A program made the position numbers and the translations under genes. Of a stretch of 64,000 nucleotides of DNA, positions 19,101 to 29,900 are shown in pieces (the stretch's first letter is position 1; each line of letters begins with the position of its first letter). The DNA is from a virus. The stretch lies in the IMG/VR virus record IMGVR_UViG_3300006874_000013, positions 1-64,000 of that record; one strand, given 5' to 3'. The notes under the pieces are model-generated. The model saw only the letters and a list, made by a program, of their open reading frames with translations. It was not told the origin of the DNA and ran no database searches.

Positions 19101-20861
19101 GCTTCCTGATTTTTGCTTGTCTGAATCTAAATAAAGTTGTTGTGGGCGATTTAATTCTCTTGCAAATGCAGTAGGGGATTCATCCCATGGTACTGCAACT
19201 GGTGGATAAGGCGCCGCACCAATTTTAGGTCCAGCCCACACTGTGGCCTTAACTGTTATTAGGTTTCTTATATCCCTATAGACGGTGCCATCTCCGGTGG
19301 CCCAAATTCCATATTCACCGTTGCATCGATTATCTTTTTCTGTGGTAAATGTTAATCTAGCATAACCTTGTTCATTTACTTCCGAACCCATATTATTGGA
19401 AACGCCAAAAAGGGTATCTAAGCCTGATCTATTTGGCGATGGTGCATCAAATACCACATAATATACATTACCAAAATCAAAACTGTCGTTAGGATCATCG
19501 TATAATTCTCGAGCGGTAAATTTTCCATCCTTCATGTAGTTTTCTAATTTGGCTTCTAATATGATTGTGTCACCCTCTGTGTGATGCATGATTTCTTGGC
19601 CTGAAACATTTAAGATTTTGATGTGGCTAATCCATGGTCCTGTGAGTTCACATGCTGGTATTTCTTGTGTGTAAATTGTCAATCCAACATTGCCGCCAAA
19701 ATATTTTACCTCAGAATCATTTATTACCTCACCAGTTATTTTATGCGTAAATTTGAGGTATGTCTCACATTTGATTCTCATGTATCCTGTGTTATCATTT
19801 ACATAAGTATTTGCCCATTCATACCAATGCTCTAGAGTACCAAAATAAACACCACTGCCAGTCCATGGTTCATGCCCACCTTCTGCAACACGAGTTTCAA
19901 GTTCTACGTATCCGTTTTGACCAACAGTTGGCTCCAGAATTGAAATACTTGCATCTACCGGATAGTCCAAGCCACCTGGATCACCTCTGAATCTTTGCCA
20001 TGTTCCATCTAGGTATTGAACTTCGATAGTCATCCCTAAATTTTCTGAATTCCATGCTGTGCTCGGCGATATAAATGTGCGTAAGTTTCTCAATGATGCC
20101 ATAAAGGTGCCGCCACCTTTGTATTCGCCCTCTGCTACACAATAGTTAATGTGCATGGGCTCCGACACAGCAAAGTCACCTATGATGCTGACATTAGGTG
20201 TTTCCGCTGTACTTTTATAATTTAGTGTAGAAACCCTAGATGGTTCGTTTGTTTGGGCTACAACAATATATTTGTCGGGCTGGTTCTCATGATCAAAATT
20301 GTAGGTTCCTTTAACCCTACCAATTGTCATCATTCTGAAACGATAATTGTGCAGACCACTCTGACCGTTATTAATTTCTAGTGTGACTTGTCCTTGGGCC
20401 GCGTTTGAAAAATCAATACTAAACTGACCACTGGCAGTACTAATTGGGGCAAAACCTCCTCCTGGTGGTGCCATCTCCCATATATAACCTGGTTCTTCGT
20501 TGAGATGTTGCGGACATGATCCTGGCTGAGACTTGAATGTGGTTCTGGCTTGTGCTGTGATTTTTTGTGTTGCAGTGCCACCCTCATAGGCATCAAACGT
20601 AGTTGGAGGTTGCTGAAGATATTCTATTTCTGGTGCATTGAATACACAAGTTGGCAAGCAAGAGTTTTTATCGAAATCACTGAAACAAATTTTACCTGTA
20701 GGTAAAACTACATCATCTGCTACTTCGGAATCAAAATATCTTAGGCCTCTGTAATCACCTATGCAGTTTGGATCATTTGATGTTGGAAAACAACTAGACA
20801 GTTTTGTTTTAATTTCTGAGATGCAAATGCCATTTAATTTATCAATTGCTCCACCACTCAT
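16128..20861 (-). CDS. Large putative fibre-tip adhesin with 11 C-terminal Cys-paired repeats
   Basis: Directly follows the S74 fibre gene. N-terminal ICISEIK..CIGDYRG..GKICFSDF resembles the IS(L/M)SDF attachment motif of fibre-tip proteins; C-terminal repeats PxxGT..C..Y..DGxGG..NS..CGY. Confidence 0.6.
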   Translation of the reverse strand: MSGGAIDKLNGICISEIKTKLSSCFPTSNDPNCIGDYRGLRYFDSEVADDVVLPTGKICFSDFDKNSCLPTCVFNAPEIEYLQQPPTTFDAYEGGTATQKITAQARTTFKSQPGSCPQHLNEEPGYIWEMAPPGGGFAPISTASGQFSIDFSNAAQGQVTLEINNGQSGLHNYRFRMMTIGRVKGTYNFDHENQPDKYIVVAQTNEPSRVSTLNYKSTAETPNVSIIGDFAVSEPMHINYCVAEGEYKGGGTFMASLRNLRTFISPSTAWNSENLGMTIEVQYLDGTWQRFRGDPGGLDYPVDASISILEPTVGQNGYVELETRVAEGGHEPWTGSGVYFGTLEHWYEWANTYVNDNTGYMRIKCETYLKFTHKITGEVINDSEVKYFGGNVGLTIYTQEIPACELTGPWISHIKILNVSGQEIMHHTEGDTIILEAKLENYMKDGKFTARELYDDPNDSFDFGNVYYVVFDAPSPNRSGLDTLFGVSNNMGSEVNEQGYARLTFTTEKDNRCNGEYGIWATGDGTVYRDIRNLITVKATVWAGPKIGAAPYPPVAVPWDESPTAFARELNRPQQLYLDSDKQKSGSPAPYEGHSVVDEGETVNYTVWGRNVKGYDVGEYEGFNQVPSPFLSYSISDLNDTDDLATGNRTGTYSLTYDNNYPRNGKDGRYVGNFSVVTREDPDHYETKRGRLKIFDASGLGVNLSPIGSVPLEILNTDSQYTTPTFNDVGVHQQYCTPATMPVDELFMTAFFDGGGTFTARAGPFNDGVTYTRNWHSGVPDEFSDRLTFFLTPQETLALNQTLIGHAYVNDEAQIDPIMDVFFMVQGRVSVNSGMFSLSLSTDTPGVKVGPEMGFHISGHSTYSVLDNETGETFNAVGTISVSLGADNFINRPCPNDPGTDDPTAGTFLRWECRDTTGNPNTLGYELYKITADGSGGEIATFIRSNDVQTCLYDPDPGGDPETDFTACEAYWTALMEYFETYGYLNSNAPPAPLNTDFGCSDEDLLKYLEEEFGDVTPEPYGTFHSAICGTGTDQYTRYVTYHNGQGGFYTETQFNSPLCGYTQYPIYGTFLRYECGNTENTQYNRYKVVANGTGGEIRTLDTVNSTECGFIPEENPAAGTVIFSYCGGGTIDVLGSPVTMPGVQYTLYEVLADGQGGASETRETPNSELCGYTAPVDDEHPAAGTPAGAAYCGTGSNRFNRYQDYHDGQGGTETRLIEANSKICGYEEPIIDTPNPGDPIGEPFCASVLGVYNTYGEFDLLQTFATSTNIPEIRVIETNSTQCGYVVPDPGPDHPPEGTPAGDPFCGERRAQYNLYQRQHDGNGNIITVLLEENSTQCGYEAPPTYPDAGTPSGNQYCGIGSDEYTLYQDYHDGAGGTTTQVVERNSTTCGYVEPEPEPNHPDNGTPLGAPFCANLLGEYNEYGEYALVQTYNDGQGGYYFETVEANSEECGYVPAPDYPDRGTPAGQPFCGTGTTRYNRYQNYHDGQGGTYRELIEENSEACGYEEPPQHPAAGTPAGTAYCGTGSARYIQYQDYHDGQGGTYQQVIEFNSEFCGYTDPIDDTFNTDTPSFGIDR
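16180..18160 (-). repeat. Eleven ~47-65-aa coding repeats (P-x-x-G-T...C...Y...DGxGG...NS-x-x-C-G-Y)
   Basis: Counted in the translation. Repeats 5 (~17190-17322) and 11 (~16190-16329) are also similar at DNA level (CCGGCTGGTGTACCTGCCGCTGG shared). Confidence 0.9.
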
Positions 20862-23230
20862 TACTTCCCTAGTTCCTTCTTAAGAACTTCAATCTCACTG
20901 CTAAGTGATTTAACGGCTTCTATGAGTAGGGGAACAAGTTTGTGATATGCTACAGATTTAACACCAGTATCTTCGTCTGTTTTAACTACTTCAGGTAAAA
21001 TCTCTTCAACTTCTTGTGCAATTACTCCTACGTCGTGCCCACTTTTGCCAGATTGTTCGTTCCAATCAAAGGTAACTCCCCTTAATGATTTTACTGTATC
21101 TACTGGATTTACAATTAATTCTATGTTGTCTTTGAATCGTCTATCACTGGTAACTGATGTATCAAATGCACATATATCACCAGACACATTTAAGTCACCA
21201 AGGACTTCGCCAGTAAAATTCAATTGCTGTGCTGAATATGAAAGACCTGTGCTGAATGTTATACTGCCAAATATCTCATCTGCTGTTGTGGCCGCTCCGG
21301 CTACATTAAATGATGGATATGTGCCTGTTACACTGCATTTTCCACTACCTGTGATTGCTACGATTTGATCAGGTGCACTGTTAGTAATTACACCACTGCC
21401 ATCTATGCTAATACCTGCGCCGGCGCTAAACAATCCTCTGATGTCAGCATTTGCAACTTCTATGTTATTTGCATTCACAGTTATACCATATCCGCCGCCA
21501 ACTTCAAGTTCAGTTGTTGTCAATGATAATCCGTCATTTATTGCAGGACTGTACACTGCTGAAGATGGTCTTAAACCTGCTCCCGGAAGAACTGAGTCTA
21601 GCCATACAGTTTTAGAAAACTCATATATGCCATTTGCTGAATTGTATGTAAGTCCAGCACCATCGCTAAAGTGTGCTCTTACTTCTGAAGCACTTGGTCC
21701 AGTATATGTAAATATACCTGTAGAATTATCATAACTCAACGAACCGTCACCACCATTATCATCCACACTTAATGCTAATCTAGAACGTGCATCTGTATAA
21801 TATAAATTTGTACTGCCTTCGTTTAAGTCGTCTGTGGTAAACTCATCTATGTCTACAATTATTTCATCTGGTGCTACTGTGATACCTGTGCCTGCACCAA
21901 TATCAAGTGTAACAGTGATTTCTTCGATGCCGTCTACAGTGGTTGTTGTTTCTGTTGACACAGTACCACCGCTGGCTACAAAATTTGTTAAACTACTTGC
22001 AGGTCTACGGAAAAACAATTGACCTGATCCGTTTGTGAATAACTGATGACCTGATGAACCATCTGATGTAGGAAATGCGTAACCGTCACCACCATGTGTG
22101 CCTACTGTTAGAACATTAGCAACATTTACATTACTAAAATATGCATTTCCGATTGGGTTTGCTTCACTGCCAAAGTCGCCACCATCTGTACTGATGTTGC
22201 CTTTAATAGTGATGTCGTCCACATATATAATGCTTATTGGATTTGCGTCTTCACCTATGTTAACATCATCGGCGCCGCCTGTGGTAATGCTATTACCTAC
22301 TATGAAATCTTGTGCAAAAACTTCATCAAATTGGCTTGCCGCATCACCTAAATCGTAAGTGGCGTTTGCACTTGGTAGGCTATGTTGTGAATTATAAAAT
22401 ACTTGACTTGCAGATATATTAGCACCGTCACTGCCATAACTTCCTAAGTTTAATGCATATGATGTATTTGCTCTATCTGCTACATTTGCTACTTCTACTC
22501 TAGTCTTGTTATCTGCTCTTAAGTTTAACCCTTTTCGAATAGTTGTACCAATACCACCAGTTTCGTTTAACTGATCGTACCAATTAATAGTTTCATCATT
22601 TGAAAAACTGTTTACATCGTCTGCTGTGAATTCTGCATGATCGTTAAACAGTGCAATAATTGTTTCACCACCAGGTTTTGTTGCTGAAGATGTACTGCTG
22701 TTTTCGTATATGACTGCCATTACTGCACGTTGCACACCTGCATCGTCAGTTAAAAATATTGTTCTTAATTTTGTACCATATTGTACAGGACTACCTAATG
22801 CGGCAATACCACTATATCCAGAATTGACTTCACCTGGTACTACTGCTAATTTATAAGAACCATTGTGAGCAATGTTTAATTGTTGTGTTGTGGTATCATA
22901 AAAAAATGTACCGTCACCATTTTGTCCTTGAAAACCCACAGGATTAGTTGCACTTACTATAGGTCTTGTTGGTAGCCATGCGCCACCTGCTGAATCAAAA
23001 ACTCTCAGTGTTTTGTATGTTTTATCATACCATAGTTGTCCGTCTACTGAATTAGCGGGTGGTGTTGCATCAGTTGCAAAATTATCAAGTAAGTCTACAA
23101 AAGTTTTTGCAAATATTTCACCGTAGTTTTCATAATTACGTCCAACTAAATCAATGGAAAAATCTTGATTCAGTTGATTGTCCGCTATTGTGATCGGATC
23201 GCCGGCTCTGTTGTCAAATACGTATGGCAT
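20861..23230 (-). CDS. Tail fibre protein with C-terminal peptidase S74 intramolecular chaperone
   Basis: C-terminal TSDRRFKDNI...LRGVTFDW...GVIAQEVEEILPEVV...VAYHKLVPLLIEAVK; N-terminus paralogous to 13019..16099; internal TTDDLNEGSTNLYYTDAR motif. Confidence 0.85.
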   Translation of the reverse strand: MPYVFDNRAGDPITIADNQLNQDFSIDLVGRNYENYGEIFAKTFVDLLDNFATDATPPANSVDGQLWYDKTYKTLRVFDSAGGAWLPTRPIVSATNPVGFQGQNGDGTFFYDTTTQQLNIAHNGSYKLAVVPGEVNSGYSGIAALGSPVQYGTKLRTIFLTDDAGVQRAVMAVIYENSSTSSATKPGGETIIALFNDHAEFTADDVNSFSNDETINWYDQLNETGGIGTTIRKGLNLRADNKTRVEVANVADRANTSYALNLGSYGSDGANISASQVFYNSQHSLPSANATYDLGDAASQFDEVFAQDFIVGNSITTGGADDVNIGEDANPISIIYVDDITIKGNISTDGGDFGSEANPIGNAYFSNVNVANVLTVGTHGGDGYAFPTSDGSSGHQLFTNGSGQLFFRRPASSLTNFVASGGTVSTETTTTVDGIEEITVTLDIGAGTGITVAPDEIIVDIDEFTTDDLNEGSTNLYYTDARSRLALSVDDNGGDGSLSYDNSTGIFTYTGPSASEVRAHFSDGAGLTYNSANGIYEFSKTVWLDSVLPGAGLRPSSAVYSPAINDGLSLTTTELEVGGGYGITVNANNIEVANADIRGLFSAGAGISIDGSGVITNSAPDQIVAITGSGKCSVTGTYPSFNVAGAATTADEIFGSITFSTGLSYSAQQLNFTGEVLGDLNVSGDICAFDTSVTSDRRFKDNIELIVNPVDTVKSLRGVTFDWNEQSGKSGHDVGVIAQEVEEILPEVVKTDEDTGVKSVAYHKLVPLLIEAVKSLSSEIEVLKKELGK

Positions 23231-23241
23231 TCACTTTCCTC

Positions 23242-23931
23242 TTAACTTAATTGCACCCTTACTGTGTATATGATTTCTATAATTCTGTTTGAGCTTTTTT
23301 GCACTGGGTGAAAAATTACATGCGTAAGCATTGTGCTAGTGTCAATAGGATCTGAACCGTCTGTAGGTGTAGGATTTGTTGGGAACGTAAATAATGCTAG
23401 TTCATCAAATATATAATCACCTTCATTGGTAGTACTGCTATCGAATATATCTTGATCTGCTGGTTCGTTGTAACCTAGTGTACAGATAATTTTCAAATCA
23501 GTATAACTTGTGCCGTTAATAATTTCTATTCTGTTATTGTCAGCATCAGTATTAGAATTATGTTTACTAATTTCTTTCTTATAAGTTCTACTGTAAAGAT
23601 TAGCACCTGTTTCATATGAATCGTTTACTCTGGGGGTTTTATATTGTACTTTGCCCGAAGTATCTATGCTGGTTGCACCATTACCAAATGCCATATAGTG
23701 TATAAATGAATTATTACGATCATCGCTTGATTCTTTATATCCTTTTAGAGCCTGTGCAACAATGTATGCCATATTACCGTAGTGAATAGCATTTCTTTTA
23801 TTAACAATCTCTTCGCCAGTATCTTTGTCGCGAATCAAAATATGACCACTAACATTCAATCCCATATTTTCGTTAGGTTGCTCTGCATTGTTCATTTCTT
23901 TTTGATCCTCTGTATTCTTTTCTTCGCTCAT
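23242..23931 (-). CDS. Conserved virion/baseplate-associated protein
   Basis: GHILIRDKDTGEEIVNKRNAIHYGN...FGNG...FDELAL...LTHVIFHPVQKSSNR. Start revised to ATG 23931, 5 nt after GATAAATA. Confidence 0.65.
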   Translation of the reverse strand: MSEEKNTEDQKEMNNAEQPNENMGLNVSGHILIRDKDTGEEIVNKRNAIHYGNMAYIVAQALKGYKESSDDRNNSFIHYMAFGNGATSIDTSGKVQYKTPRVNDSYETGANLYSRTYKKEISKHNSNTDADNNRIEIINGTSYTDLKIICTLGYNEPADQDIFDSSTTNEGDYIFDELALFTFPTNPTPTDGSDPIDTSTMLTHVIFHPVQKSSNRIIEIIYTVRVQLS

Positions 23932-23936
23932 GCTGT

Positions 23937-23966
23937 TATTTATCACTTTTATTAAGTACTGTTATA
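23937..23966 (-). promoter_or_regulatory. Late promoter GATAAATA with upstream AACAGTACTTAAT element
   Basis: Minus strand TATAACAGTACTTAATAAAAGTGATAAATA-ACAGC-ATG. Confidence 0.6.
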
Positions 23967-23968
23967 AA

Positions 23969-26900
23969 TTATAAGTTATGTAAAAACTTCATAATGCTGT
24001 ACTGGTTGTTAAAGTCTACATTTGCTCTATCTGCTAAACTTAATGAAATATTACTTAATACTTCTGCGGCATCCCATTTCTCATCTGCAGATTGATCACC
24101 ATAATCAAATGACTTAAAGTCTATTGTAGCATTTGCAACAAATAAATTAGTGTCCAGTGTATCAGTATAACTTGCTACTATTTCTATGTCGTTGCCATTT
24201 ATTGCTGTAATACTAACAACCTCATAAATGTTTGCATTGCTTTGATGTGTTAATCTCACTGCTTCACCTACAACTAAAGTCATGCTAGATTGTAGTGTAA
24301 CATTTGCAACTGTACTGTTAGCACTATTAACCACTGCATCTACTGTTGTTGTAGTAATATTACCAGATTCTATTGCGTCCCAAGCATCGTATATGTCATC
24401 GCCTGTGCCTAATTGTCCATCAAGCCCTGCTTCTATTTCGTCCCATTTTGCTCTAATATCGTCATATATAATTCCTAGATCAAGCCAAACGTTTGACTCA
24501 GGATTTAGATTATTGAAATGATCTAACACTTGAGCACTATATACTGGTGTATTAGTAACATGTTTTTCTATGCTGGTTCCAAACACACCGCGAGTTAACA
24601 TGCTTAATGTATTTCCAGACTTTCTACCATAGTGTATTCTTTCACTGCCTAACCAAATCATTCCAGGAGTAGTAGACGTTGGTTCTGGTAAAAATGAACC
24701 ATTATTTACTTTAATTTGTCTACTATTAATCTGAACATTTGCTGTTATATATGTTGTAGTCTTAGGCCTTATTCTCACATAGTCTGTGCCGCCAAACAAG
24801 TTGTTATGTACTCTATATGTAACTTCTTTGGCACTAGGTGTAACCTTTGCATGTTGTACATTACCGTTGGCATGGGCTGATGTTGTGACTGTTATGATTA
24901 AACTTTCTAAAGGATCAAGCAGTGCTAGTTCTTCTGGACGTTCTTCACCATATCCAACACGTTGGAATGTGATGCCGTCAAAGCCTTCTTTGATGTTACC
25001 GTCTCTTCTTATTGTAGCATTGCCACTGAATACGCCTTCATATTCTTTTAATTCTACTATTCTATCCCAAGTCAAATCACCTATTCCAACTGTTGTTGTA
25101 CCATAATCATTATCTACAATAACACTGGTATCCTTGTCAGTGTTATCATCGTATGGCAATGAGGAATAACCAAATTCCGTAATTTTTTCAGTGGTATAAT
25201 AAATGTCATCTGGTATAGTTGTAAAGTTATATCCGTCTAGTTCTTCACCTCTAAAGTTGCCGCCAACTTTTTCTTTGATCAATGCAAACGTGCCTTTAAG
25301 TCTATTGTCCTCAACCATATTTGTCATCAAAGTTGCATTACCAATTATGTTACTGTTAGAAGATGCATTTGATGTATTAAAGTATGCATTTACTTCAGAT
25401 GCAAACATGGATTTAACTTCTTGATCGTATTTGAATATTCTATCTGTTGCACGTATAGTAGCATTTGCAGAAACAAGTGTGCTTGTTCTATCACTGATAC
25501 TTGCGTTGCTTAACAAGTTTAGATTAGCAATATTTTCGCCGATACTTTGTGCTAGTGTAACATTTGATTTATCCCAATCTGCTGTTGTCAGTCTCCAGTT
25601 TGTTCTATCAAATACTAATGTAGATTTAACTTTTCTTATAGGATTGGTTGACATATCCTGTAGTCTTTGTTTATAATAGTCTACATATCGTTTGTGTTGT
25701 CTCATTATTTCAGAGTCATCTCTGGAGAAGTCATCTAGTATTCTCACAGAGTTTGTACTTGCATCGACATATGGAGGTTTGTCAAAATCTGTTAAAGCAT
25801 TTTGGCCTATGTAATCAATAGGAGTTTTCTTGCCGTCTTTGTATTCTCTGATTTTTGAGCTAAATGGTTTAACTTCATTCATGTAATCGAGAACTTTTTC
25901 AAAGTTATCAGGCTTGAATCCGCTAAATTTAATAAGGTCTGATTCTTCTTTTTCAATGTAGACATAACTGGTCTTAAATGCCCAACTAAGTTCGCCTTGC
26001 TCTAAGTATGCATACTTCATTAATTCAAAGAAGATCTCATTTATAGAACCATTTGTTTTGAATACATTATTAATCAAAGCAGTTAGTACTTCTCTTAACT
26101 CCAATGCCAAACCAGTGTTTGGTTCATCACTGAATACTCTATCACTAAATTCTATTGTTTCATCTTTAATAGACACTAAATCAAATTTTGACAATGGTGC
26201 ATTCCATAAAAACAATTTAGTTTCTTTATTGTTTTTATATTGAACTTGTATAACTGTAGCATCTGGTAAATCAGTTAAGCGATCCATTTCTTCTATGCTG
26301 GCAACTTTATAAGTAGGTTTGTATGAATCATCATACCTAATTTTTTTATTAGTTAGTTCATCTACTCTAATAGTTTCGTAATAGTTTACTGTGCTAACAT
26401 AATTGAGATTGGTACTCAATCCTATGTTCCAGTTCTTATATTCCGTATTAAGTTTTGTATCTGCTAAAATTTCATTCAGTTTAGATACCAACAACCTTCT
26501 TGCTTGTTTAATATCTGCAAACATTGTTTGTCTAGGTCTAACAGCAATACCATATTTTTCAATTTCACTGAGATTATCAGCAGGTACTTGATTTCCTAAA
26601 ATATCTTGACCGCATATACTGTCAATTAATTTTTCAATCAAAAAGTCAGGTATTTTGTTATCTGAATCATTTTCTCTCAGTAACTTCCAAGCAGTGTGGT
26701 TAATGCCTTCATTGTTTTTAGAATTGTTGATGTTTACTTGTAAATTTACTTCTTGATCTATATTGTTATCTACATTAGATAATACTAATGTGTCATTGGA
26801 AATGGCTGTTAATAATTTTATTCCGTAGCCAATTGGATTTGCAATATATCTTGCAAGTGTACGTGTATCAATTTTTCTGCCAAGATCTCTTTTTGTACGA

Positions 26901-29900
26901 TTGTCTACTTTGGTCCTATTCATTACCCAGTAATAATACATTTGCTTGTACTCACCATTGGTGTCTAATCTACGTTCAGTAACGTATTGATTAGTCCAAC
27001 GTGGTACGCCGTCGCCTATCCAATTTTGTGGTAGTGATTTACTTTCTACCCATTCACATACTGTAATAGAACTTCCTGGGAAAGCTCTACCCCAATTCTT
27101 TGCTCTTTCTTCTAGTGGGCCTTGTTCGTACCAAGTGTATTTTACAGTACTGGTATCCCACCAAACTTTACCTACTTGATCTTTACCAAATGTTGTTCTA
27201 GCAGTGTTATAGTTTACTGGATCGGTGTCAGTAATATAATGTATTTCGTTGTCCATAAAGCCAGGTAACACACCTTTGAATGGATCCCAAAGATTGAGAT
27301 CAAATTCTTTGTTGCCTGTTTCTGGGTCATAAATTATTGCATTTTGTATGTAGTCAACATCTACTAATTCTGTTTGCCATCTTATAGGATTACCGTATTC
27401 AAGATAAGCCCATCCACCTTCGATAAATCCAGGCATAGAGTCTATTGATATGTCAAACTCGGTAGTAATAAAATTGTCTACCCATGCTTTAGGTTCTCCA
27501 ACATACGGATTTCTTTCTTCGTCTAGATTATCGTTTGCAGTTACTACGTTGTTATCGTTAAATCTCTTACTTTCAAATACCTGTATTGGTGTTACTTGAT
27601 TTGCTGAGCCAGTTAAAAATACATTACCACCTTGCAATGTTTGCAAGTCGTATTCATAAACTTCCATCCAACTTTCTGCATCACCGTCACCAAATAAACT
27701 GTTGTTGTCGTTTAGTGGGTATCGTTGGAAATTAATAGGATTACCTGCTAAAGGATTATCTGCACTGGATACAGGTGGTCGTCCAACTGTGTCAACACAA
27801 AGCATAGTCATTACCACAGCATCTTCTGCTACATTTCTATCAGGTCCCACTAATGCACGTATTTGTTCTGCTTCTAGGACACCTAATTGTCCTGAATCAA
27901 TTAATTCTTGTACTTTTCTTTTGTATAAATCTGTTGCGGCATCTTGTGTTAATCCTCCAACATCGATAGTGCCCTCTATACAATACGATGCAACATTATA
28001 ATCGCCTAATGGTATTTCTATAGGCGGTTGTGGATCACCAGTAGGCGATGTAATTCTTATACCAGGATACGATGTTTTAATTATTAACGGAACAATGTCT
28101 CTGTTGTCGTCAACTGTTGCTGTCAAATCTTCTGGATCATATCCAACACCACTGAATGCATCACGCATTCGACGTGCAATATCTGCTGGTGCATTTATTT
28201 CTTGTACAACATCAGGTAAATTTAATTGTTCTTTTATTGTGCCTTTTTCATTACAGTTTGCAACGTTTTGACTTGTGAGGAATACCCTAGCACCAGTACC
28301 ACCAGGAACTTTTTTATCTCTAAGATATTGTCCAAAGTTGCTTTGTTCTACACCATTTGCATCAATGTAAGTGCTAGTTGGATCAAAATCAATTGCATAT
28401 TCTTTTCTTAACAGTAAACCTAAATTATATGCTTCTTCGGCAAATCTTTCCCAATCTTTTGCTGTTGTTGGTGCCACTGGCCAATTACCAGTTAACATAG
28501 GTGCAATATCTACTAACACAAATGTACTAGGATCATACGCACCTGGACTACCGTTGTATTTTATCCATCTTAGTGGTTTATCATCACTTGCATTAGTATC
28601 AAAAGGATAACCTGTGTATATAAATTCTGGATACCTTGTCCAATCTGGATGTTTGTAATTTGTACCGTAATCACTTAGTGAACCAGACTTTTCAAATGGT
28701 ACTTGTGCATATTCTGGGTGTACATCTACACCAGTCTTGCCGCCTGCTTCAACTATTTCTTGATCTATGTCAACACTAAAACCCTGAATAATATTATATG
28801 AATCTTCGATGTCACTGTAAAATATATTATTTCTACTAGGGTCTCCCATACCTAGCACTTTAGCCTTACTACTAAAGAAGTTTTCTAAGAATGGTTCTGT
28901 ATTTTGTAATTTTCCGCTAAAGCCAATAGGTTCATAATCGTATTCTAACGGAATACCATATGTTAAATCACTTGGGAAAATTTCATACAATCCTCTATCA
29001 ATACATTTTAGAGATGTTATACCTCCACTACCGTCGATACCTGTGACAATAAATTTTGCAACTCGCAGTGGACCTTCCATGCCTTTAGCATCCGCTGACA
29101 TTTCAGCATTAGGAGACAATAAATCTGCTACGCCTGATCTTTCTGTACCTAGTGATGCAGGGTCTATGCCTATCAATGCTGATACCTGTGCAGGAACTTT
29201 CTGCATGTTAGGATTAACTGTTTCTATCCACCAGTCGCCTGATTCGGAAAACTCTGCTGGTACATTATAATCTGTTATCCATGTACTTCTTGCTTCTATA
29301 CTGATTTTTGTGTGCCTTGGGAATATAGCATTAACAGCCTCAGCACTTACAAAACTTTGGTGTTGTATTTCAAAGAACCATGGCGACCAACCAAATGCAC
29401 CACTGTTATCATGATTATTTCTAATCACAAGATCAACACCGTAATTGTCGTCATAAACAGTACCAGTTGCACCCGCGGCTGGCGCCGAAGTTGCAACAAA
29501 CCTAGTTCCTATAGTATTGTTATCAGCACCATGATCTGTGTAAGTCACATTTCCAACTGTTCTAATACCGTATGTTCTGCCTGGTATCATCTCTGCGGCA
29601 TTAATATATGGTGGTGAATCCAAAGGTTCTTCTTGCAATGTTTTTGGAACCCAAAATAATGTAAATCTTTTATGACCAAATGTTATGGTATCACCTGCTT
29701 TGTAATCAAGAGACTGATCACCTGGATCACTGTAAGTAAATGTGGAGTCGTATGCTTGTTTACCCCAATGATTGTCATCTGTTGCTATCACAACTGTGTT
29801 GGTGTTTTCATCAATACTGTTTACATATCCGTGCCATCTAGTTGTGTTAGCAAGATCAATGTTTCCACGATCTTCGTCGGCATCGTATGTGACGTTAACA

